From the NCBI GenBank assembly GCA_001792115.1, contig MGFX01000006.1, positions 146,537 through 210,536 of the forward strand: 64,000 nt of DNA, written 5' to 3'. The notes under the pieces were generated by a model that did not search any database, was not told the DNA's origin, and saw only the letters and a list, made by a program, of their open reading frames with translations. Made by a program: the position numbers and the translations under genes. Each line of letters opens with the position of its first letter. Position 1 is the first letter of the stretch. Shown here one piece after another: positions 57,868-64,000 of the stretch. The DNA is from Candidatus Woesebacteria bacterium RBG_16_42_24 (lineage in GTDB: Bacteria > Patescibacteriota > Microgenomatia > UBA8517).

Positions 57868-58203
57868 ATGAGTAAAGCAGAATTAAAAGCAGAATCATTA
57901 GATACTTTTAGAAATTGGTGGTTCGTTAATCAGGGAGATCCGGATATACCATATAACCCACAGGATGAGTGGACTATAGCACTCAGACGAAGACATAGAC
58001 TTCCTATCGATGCCACATTAATCGATGTTCTAAGAGTAGCCATGGAACTTGTAGAAAAACCCGGTTGGGAACATGAGGCCTCTGAACTAGTTCTTAATCG
58101 TCGACTTGAAACTTCAGAATTCAGGGCTTTATTACCTTTCCCTGAAGGAAGTACACCTGAACAAAAAATTATAATTCTTCTGCAGAAAACACTTCGAAAA
58201 TAA
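57868..58203 (+). CDS. hypothetical protein
   Basis: 111 aa; TTGACT-17-TACAAT promoter upstream. Confidence 0.55.
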   Translation: MSKAELKAESLDTFRNWWFVNQGDPDIPYNPQDEWTIALRRRHRLPIDATLIDVLRVAMELVEKPGWEHEASELVLNRRLETSEFRALLPFPEGSTPEQKIIILLQKTLRK

Positions 58204-58215
58204 ATATTTCTTTTG

Positions 58216-58301
58216 TGCCAGGGACAGGACTCGAACCTGCACTCCCGTTAAAGGGAACACGGCCCTAAACCGTGTGTGTCTGCCAATTTCACCACCCTGG
58301 C
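58216..58301 (-). tRNA. tRNA-Leu(TAG)
   Basis: GCCAGGGTGGTGAAATTGGCAGACA...CACGG-TTTAGGG-CCGTG, long variable arm, GGTTCGAGTCC. Confidence 0.95.
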
Positions 58302-58312
58302 TTTAGGCTATA

Positions 58313-58942
58313 TTATACCAGTTTGGGTCTTTTTGAGGCCTTCGGTTTGCCTAAATAAATGTTCAATGTCTTATACCCCGATAAAACTAGAGCTATTGCA
58401 CGCATGGAACCGTCGTCTATATCTCCGGCCATCTTTTTTAGACACCAAGTTCTACCTTTAGTGCCGGTTCCACCCTCAAATACAATTGGGAATAAATATT
58501 CATCGGAGCTTATAATATCTGCAAAATCCATAATTCTGGGTATTGCTCTTTTGGACCTTGCACGCATACGTTTGGAGTTATTTTTTATCGCTTTTTTGAC
58601 ATAGGCAGCTGTTTGTTCGAGCGAGCAACAAGTCCAAGCCGAAGGCAAGCCCCCTGCTTGTCTCCACACTCCGAGCTCATTTATAGTAGCACTAGCCAGC
58701 CACCAATTACTATTGTTATATGCTTTTAATCTCCCTTTCGAACCTTCAGCTACGATATCATCCAACTGCTTCTGACTGAGCTTATTTGTAGAGTATTTTG
58801 AGTGACTAAGTTTACTTAAAAATTGAGATCTCGCAAGCTTAGGTAAAAATTTCGTCCCTTTCCGACGAGAAAGTTTAAGCTTGTCTGCTGCTACAAAGGC
58901 ACGTTTTACATTTAGAGGAGGAACTCTTTTTAAAAGGTTCAT
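58313..58942 (-). CDS. basic hypothetical protein
   Basis: 209-aa ORF, TATAAT upstream. Confidence 0.6.
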   Translation of the reverse strand: MNLLKRVPPLNVKRAFVAADKLKLSRRKGTKFLPKLARSQFLSKLSHSKYSTNKLSQKQLDDIVAEGSKGRLKAYNNSNWWLASATINELGVWRQAGGLPSAWTCCSLEQTAAYVKKAIKNNSKRMRARSKRAIPRIMDFADIISSDEYLFPIVFEGGTGTKGRTWCLKKMAGDIDDGSMRAIALVLSGYKTLNIYLGKPKASKRPKLV

Positions 58943-58967
58943 GCCTAGCAGTCAATTATACCTCAAC

Positions 58968-59495
58968 TTAGCCTTCCAGGTCGAAGTATATAGGGAGAGA
59001 TTCGATTTTTTGCATGAAAAATTTTACCTTCCAAGCCCAAGTTGAGCTAGGAGGAGCGTAGCGCCTGGCGATACGATTGATAGTTGGTGCTCCCCTATCT
59101 ATATACTTTTCCCTAAGGGCTTTGCCTACAACTTCAATCGATTCGTCCCAAGAACTAAATTGATAGTTCCCGTTTGCCCATCCATAAGCGTTAAACGAAT
59201 TTTTGGGAATTCTTTTACCGAATGTTGATTCTACCCCGGTGATTGCCGGAATAAGCCTCCAGTCGAGGTTATAGGTGTCGGCTACCTCAATAAATTTATC
59301 GGAGTAGCCAGCCAAAGGAGAATTATGAGATTCAAGATAACTCTTAAGAATCTCGGCTCTAGGGTCTTGCCCATTAACAACTTTAACCCTTAGAGAAGCA
59401 GAAGGGTCAGCCACGTAAGAAGCGGCCGCGACATGTCCGGCAAAAGAAAAAGTTAACAAAGCTAAGACTATAAGTATAGATAATATTTTTGACAT
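58968..59495 (-). CDS. exported lysozyme-fold (glucosaminidase-like) cell-wall enzyme
   Basis: Signal peptide; LDWRLIPAITGVESTFG, NAYGW, F.SWDESI, YAPP. Confidence 0.75.
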   Translation of the reverse strand: MSKILSILIVLALLTFSFAGHVAAASYVADPSASLRVKVVNGQDPRAEILKSYLESHNSPLAGYSDKFIEVADTYNLDWRLIPAITGVESTFGKRIPKNSFNAYGWANGNYQFSSWDESIEVVGKALREKYIDRGAPTINRIARRYAPPSSTWAWKVKFFMQKIESLPIYFDLEG

Positions 59496-59509
59496 ATATC
59501 CTTTTCAAC

Positions 59510-59619
59510 AAAAGAGGGTCGCCTGTTGGCGACCCTCATATATGTGAGTAGAGCCTTGCGGCACTACTCGAAAAATTCCAACGCTCGATACTGCAAAGCA
59601 GATCTTGCCTCGGAATCTA
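59510..59619 (-). ncRNA. candidate structured leader / sRNA ending in a terminator
   Basis: Promoter TTGACA(59655-59650)-18-TATAGT; three hairpins, the last a 10-bp GC stem plus UUUU. Confidence 0.55.
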
Positions 59620-59675
59620 GGTAGTACTATATCATATACTTATAGGTCTTGTCAAGGGTGGGGATGTTTTTTAAG

Positions 59676-60446
59676 CTAATGAGGTCTCTTTTGCGCAAGA
59701 AGAAAAATAGAAGGACCGAAATTTATGAACCCAAAAGGAATTTGCAGTTTTTTTTCAATTGATATAAGCGTATCCAAGGGAAGGAGGCTTTTTAGTCTTG
59801 GGCTACGTATATTAGAGACGGAGCGCACCTCTAATATATCAAAGTCACATTCGATAAGTTTGTGTTTAATTACTTCAGGGTGGTAATTAAGAAAAGGCAG
59901 GGCAGCATCTCTAATTGATTTTTTACTGCGCAGGTCCTTCGGAAAAATGTCTAAGGGGAATGTCAGATTGCCTTTAAAAAATTCAGAAACTGTTGCTTTG
60001 AAGTGTTTTTTGTTGGCAAACTCTAAGATTAGGTATCCCCTATTTTTTAAAAGATTGCACATAATTTCTATTGCCCCCTCAATATCTTTTATGTGATGGA
60101 AGACTCTAACGCAGACAATTAAGTCCATACTTTTTGGCTTTATTTTCCCAGGTAAGTTTTCAATAGCGGAGTGGACGAAATAAAAGTTTTTAGAATTAAA
60201 TTTTTGTCTGGCTTGCGAGAGTAACTTGGAAGAGGGGTCGGAAAGGGTTATTTTTTTGGCTCGAAATGCGTATGAAGAAGTAAGCCTGCCGTAACCCGCG
60301 CCAATTTCTAAAATTGTTTTGGTCTCAGGAATTTTATTTAAGAAAGCCTTTATAGCTTCAACTTCCGATTGGTGCTCGTACTGCCTGCCTTCCCAGTAGG
60401 ACGGATAGTCGTAAGTATCGTAGTGTGCGCCCATAAACTTACTCAA
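59676..60446 (-). CDS. class I SAM-dependent methyltransferase
   Basis: ILEIGAGYGR, DPS, DLIVCVRVFHH, LLKNRGYLI. Confidence 0.9.
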   Translation of the reverse strand: MSKFMGAHYDTYDYPSYWEGRQYEHQSEVEAIKAFLNKIPETKTILEIGAGYGRLTSSYAFRAKKITLSDPSSKLLSQARQKFNSKNFYFVHSAIENLPGKIKPKSMDLIVCVRVFHHIKDIEGAIEIMCNLLKNRGYLILEFANKKHFKATVSEFFKGNLTFPLDIFPKDLRSKKSIRDAALPFLNYHPEVIKHKLIECDFDILEVRSVSNIRSPRLKSLLPLDTLISIEKKLQIPFGFINFGPSIFLLAQKRPH

Positions 60447-60540
60447 ACTTTCTTTATTGAAGAAAGTTTGGCAAAGAAAAATTACAAAAATTTTGGAATA
60501 ACTGGTATTTTAGCACGAGGACATAAGAAAGGAGTCTGAT

Positions 60541-61185
60541 TCACTCCATTTCGGCCATGAATTTGCCCACTCCCTCTGACCACGAACCGGGAGAAAGAGG
60601 CGTGTATTTACTCATTATTTCCTCTAAGCTCTTATACCCTTTGTCTAAATACTCTTCTCTGATACCTTTCGACACTAGTTCAATTCCCTCTTGGAAAGAA
60701 GAAAAGCCCAAGGTTCCCTCGCTATGGATTCCCCAACCCCAACAGTTGTTTGATTCGGGAGGGATTTTCTTACAAAGGTTCGATTCCTGTTGGGCAATAG
60801 CCGTAGTTAAACGAAAATCAAGGCCATATTTATCGGCAGTATCTACGATAGATGGAGCGTAAGGCTCTAGCGGTGAGTCATAATAGGCAAGATACTGACG
60901 AACTAATTCATGTCTGGCATCTTCCTTGTTTACATACCCAGAAACGCTTGGGAAACTTGTGGGAAGTGAAGCATAAACTCGTACACCGGATTTGGGCGAA
61001 TCAAGGATATTTGTCTGTTTTTCAATACTGCCCACTTTAGTAATATCCGAAAGAGAAAATAAAGATACTAAACTAGCAATAATTACTACCGGGGTTATTG
61101 TAAAAAATAAAGAGGCGAGAATCATATTTTTCCAGAAGGAAAAATTTTCTCGCCCATCGTTAATATTTTCCATCTTTGTCAGCAT
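60541..61185 (-). CDS. membrane-anchored lysozyme-fold (glucosaminidase-like) protein
   Basis: LDFRLTTAIAQQESN, NCWGWG, FSSFQEGI, KYTP; paralog of 58968-59495. Confidence 0.75.
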   Translation of the reverse strand: MLTKMENINDGRENFSFWKNMILASLFFTITPVVIIASLVSLFSLSDITKVGSIEKQTNILDSPKSGVRVYASLPTSFPSVSGYVNKEDARHELVRQYLAYYDSPLEPYAPSIVDTADKYGLDFRLTTAIAQQESNLCKKIPPESNNCWGWGIHSEGTLGFSSFQEGIELVSKGIREEYLDKGYKSLEEIMSKYTPLSPGSWSEGVGKFMAEME

Positions 61186-61283
61186 GACATAGTTTGAAGC
61201 TGAAAGTCAAGCTATGGAAGCTGAAAGTTAGGCTCAAATAATGTATAATGTGATTCTGGCGGACCGCTTTTTAGATCGAAAAT

Positions 61284-61355
61284 GGGCCTGTAGCTCAATG
61301 GTAGAGCAAATCCCTCTTAAGGATGAGGTTGAAGGTTCGAATCCTTCCAGGCTCA
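61284..61355 (+). tRNA. tRNA-Lys(CTT)
   Basis: GGGCCTGTAGCTCAATGGTAGAGCA..ATCC-CTCTTAA-GGAT..GGTTCGAATCC. Confidence 0.93.
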
Positions 61356-61390
61356 CAACGCCATTTTCGAACGCCGCATAGGGGGAGGAA

Positions 61391-61421
61391 GAGGTTGGAG
61401 GTTCGAGTCCTCCTGGGCTCA
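61391..61421 (+). repeat. duplicated tRNA 3' half (att-like scar)
   Basis: 26/31 identical to 61325-61355 with a compensatory T-stem change. Confidence 0.7.
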
Positions 61422-61450
61422 CTCAAAAATCTCCGCGGAGATTTTTGAGT
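61421..61450. terminator. 30-bp perfect palindrome, probable terminator
   Basis: ACTCAAAAATCTCCGCGGAGATTTTTGAGT. Confidence 0.6.
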
Positions 61451-61556
61451 GCAAGCACACTATCAAACAGATTAGACGGTTCGAGGGATAAGAAGTTTAC
61501 CCTGAAAACGAAGTTTTTAGGGAATCCCCTGGGCTAACAATCTATGTTTCGTTCTC

Positions 61557-63638
61557 TTGACAATGAGTGAAAAAGCAGGCATTATATCCGTTGTGAAAAC
61601 AAAAAGGAGATCCTCGAGAGTTAGAAAATCGGAAGGTCGCTCAACATGGCTCATGGCTCTTTGGACATTAGTGGTTGTAGCTGTGTTGTTTGTGGGGATA
61701 CAAGTGTTAGGTAAGATAAAGGCGGCCTTTGGAGGATCAGTGCAGGCCGCCGGAACTGCAAATATTCAGGCTTCGGCTGATACTTATCTGCGAGAGGACG
61801 TGGCTGCTTCACCCGGAAATTTTAAGATTATTAATATTTCAAACGTAAGAAACAAGAAACATTGGGGTTTGGTGCGCTTTACGGTGGTCGGTTTGGATTC
61901 GACTGCTACAGTTGTATCAGCTAACATAAAGTTTTACGTGTCTAATGGTGTTAATAAAAACGGTTCGACCGTTTCGGCAGGGTATTTGTGTAAAGCGGTG
62001 GGGGGAAGTTGGAGCGAAGGATCTACAACATGGAACTCGACCAATAATCCGGTAGCTGATTGTAGTGCCACTTTTAATTTAGACACTCCAGGTGCGCCAG
62101 GGGCGGTGCCAGGGGAGACTAAGATCTCAGGAGATGTTTCATCGGTGGTGACTGGTAATGGAACATACGATTTCTATATCATGACAAATGTTTTAGATGA
62201 CGTGACATATTCATCTAAAGAGGCTGATACGACTTCTGCGGGGGGTGCGTTTGTGATCCCGGATAATTATCCGACATTGACTATTAATTGGCAGATGGAA
62301 GGCCAGATTACACCTACTCCGACTCCTACGGTACCGCTTACCCACGGGCCATTTGTGGGAGGAGTGACAGATACCGTAGCCAAAGTGTTTGTGAGAACTT
62401 CGTCTGCTACGTCGGTACAGCTTGAGTACAGCACGGTCCCTGATTTGTCTTCGGGAGTGATGCAGAGTGAAGTGAAGAATACGACTTCGAGTGCGGATTA
62501 CACAACAATTTTGGGACTGTCAGGATTGTCGGCCGGAACGACGTACTATTATTCGGTAGTGGGAAACAGTACTATCTATCACTTTACGACTTTCCCCTCC
62601 CAGCTTTCTTTACCGACCAGTTTGCAGTTTGCGGTATTCGCCGATTTGTCTTCTCAAGATGTTACTGCCCCTGGGTATATGACTGCGGCAAACATGAATC
62701 CTGCGTTTGTCGGACAAATTGGAGATTTAGGTCATCAGCCCGACCCAGGAGCGAGACCATTACCCATTGTTATTGAAAATTGGCGCAAGAGATTTAAGCA
62801 GGCTTATGGTGATTATGATCCCATGAGACCAGATGGTAAAGATTTTGCTAGTGCATTTAGGAACATTCCACTCTTTCACATTTGGGATGACCACGACTAT
62901 GGTAAGAACAATGCTGACAAAACTACCTTTTCAGGATCGGATGCTTATATAAGACCGCTTGTTGTGAATTCCTTCCTGGAGTACAACCCATTGTACGAAT
63001 TGGCTTCGGGCGATCCCTTGAACAAAGGTATGTGGTACAGCTTTAGGTATGGTAAGCTGGCTGAGGTTTATGTACTTGATGTAAGGTCTCAAAGATCACC
63101 GAATTCGACTTCTTTTTCAGATCCAACTAAGGCAATGTTGGGAACCGAACAAGAGGATTGGCTAAAGAATAGGTTGAGTACTGCTCAGGCCGATGGGGTG
63201 GTATGGAAAGTGATTGTGTCTCCGTCGAGTTGGAACCCGCTTGGGAAGGGTTACAACAATACTCCTAAAGGAGAGGACAACTGGGCGTTGTTTCCTATAG
63301 AACGGACTGAGTTGATTAACTATATTAACGATCCTGTGAATCCAATTCGAAATGTGTTTGTAGTGACGGGAGATATGCACACGGGGGGTGCATATGATGA
63401 CGGAACACATGGGGTTATTCCGGAGCTTACGGTACCCCACACTAATATCAACCAGCAGAACTATTGTACAGGTACAAACGTAAAGAGCATAGCTGATTGT
63501 GGACTGTGGACTCAGATATTGCCAGGGAAGAATAATGCAGGGTTTGGGTGGTTTGATTTGACTCCAACTAGCGCAAATCTCAAAGTTATCCGTGCCGACG
63601 GTTTCCAGCAGTTCTCTTATACCAGAACGGCACAATAA
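61557..63638 (+). CDS. surface-anchored PhoD-like alkaline phosphatase with N-terminal DNRLRE-like domain
   Basis: TM, ADTYLRE...SSKE domain, PTPT linker, HGPFVG, GD, WDDHDYG.N, LDVRSQR, LG.EQ.DWL, TGDMH. Confidence 0.8.
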   Translation: MTMSEKAGIISVVKTKRRSSRVRKSEGRSTWLMALWTLVVVAVLFVGIQVLGKIKAAFGGSVQAAGTANIQASADTYLREDVAASPGNFKIINISNVRNKKHWGLVRFTVVGLDSTATVVSANIKFYVSNGVNKNGSTVSAGYLCKAVGGSWSEGSTTWNSTNNPVADCSATFNLDTPGAPGAVPGETKISGDVSSVVTGNGTYDFYIMTNVLDDVTYSSKEADTTSAGGAFVIPDNYPTLTINWQMEGQITPTPTPTVPLTHGPFVGGVTDTVAKVFVRTSSATSVQLEYSTVPDLSSGVMQSEVKNTTSSADYTTILGLSGLSAGTTYYYSVVGNSTIYHFTTFPSQLSLPTSLQFAVFADLSSQDVTAPGYMTAANMNPAFVGQIGDLGHQPDPGARPLPIVIENWRKRFKQAYGDYDPMRPDGKDFASAFRNIPLFHIWDDHDYGKNNADKTTFSGSDAYIRPLVVNSFLEYNPLYELASGDPLNKGMWYSFRYGKLAEVYVLDVRSQRSPNSTSFSDPTKAMLGTEQEDWLKNRLSTAQADGVVWKVIVSPSSWNPLGKGYNNTPKGEDNWALFPIERTELINYINDPVNPIRNVFVVTGDMHTGGAYDDGTHGVIPELTVPHTNINQQNYCTGTNVKSIADCGLWTQILPGKNNAGFGWFDLTPTSANLKVIRADGFQQFSYTRTAQ

Positions 63639-63659
63639 TCTAGTCTTCTTTAAACGAGG

Positions 63660-64000
63660 CTAAATTCCCAGCGAGAAAATATTGAAACTTCTTTGATTAG
63701 AAATTGACTTGTCCCCTTCATTTAATACGAAAGTTAACTTCAAAAGCCCTGAAACGCCCGGTGCTTTCAGCTTAAAAATCATTAGAGCGGAATGGAAAGG
63801 CTCAATAAGCGGAGCATAAACAAGCCGGGTAGTTTCGGTGGACTCCCCCACCTCGTTAAGAGTTAGGATTGTCTCCTCATTAAGTATAGTTTGGCCAAGG
63901 TTACTAACTACTAAAGCTACATAAAATTCACTACCCGACCTAATAATAAGAGGTCTAAATGTGGCTGCAATACGGGCCGAAGCGACTCTCTCTGGTTGCC
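63660..64000 (-). CDS. 3' part of a hypothetical protein, truncated by the window edge
   Basis: Frame of ORF 63660-63851 stays open to the window end. Confidence 0.5.
   Translation of the reverse strand, partial: QPERVASARIAATFRPLIIRSGSEFYVALVVSNLGQTILNEETILTLNEVGESTETTRLVYAPLIEPFHSALMIFKLKAPGVSGLLKLTFVLNEGDKSISNQRSFNIFSLGI

Noticed and set aside
61234-61422. 62-aa minus-strand ORF with repeated GLEP/GFEP..SS
   Set aside because: Antisense translation of tRNA-Lys and its duplicated 3' half

Overview
64 kb of a small-genome bacterial chromosome, most likely Patescibacteria/CPR of Microgenomates type. That assignment is inferred from domain-trimmed PheT, trigger factor and ThrS, a secretin-less type IV pilus cluster, an ACP-like gene without fab genes, DUF5660 and many apparently leaderless genes. 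Housekeeping content: gyrB, holB-like, a 15-gene type IV pilus cluster, khpA-rpsP, rnc-acp-nusB-rpmF-recG-tyrS, a class A PBP, pheST, rplT-rpmI-infC-thrS, typA, tig, a Y-family polymerase and 4 tRNAs. The most unusual region is 3.1-11.65 kb. There, small accessory genes (SET, CsaA, DUF362, APH-like kinase, RidA, His-phosphatase, HAD, VOC, wHTH-Nudix, hypotheticals) are separated almost one per interval by co-oriented short direct repeats of two families: A (8 copies) and B (6 copies, which double as a sigma70 promoter). This resembles an integron-like cassette array, but no attC sites or integrase are visible. Other notable signals: a TrpR-like gene flanked by two co-varying perfect palindromes; a pheM-like attenuator upstream of pheST; a structured, terminator-ended leader before a cell-wall hydrolase gene; heptamer repeats in prepilin leaders; an ACP lacking its canonical Ser; a two-gene mutagenesis cassette; several miniature palindromic repeat families. 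All calls come from reading the sequence; no database searches were run.
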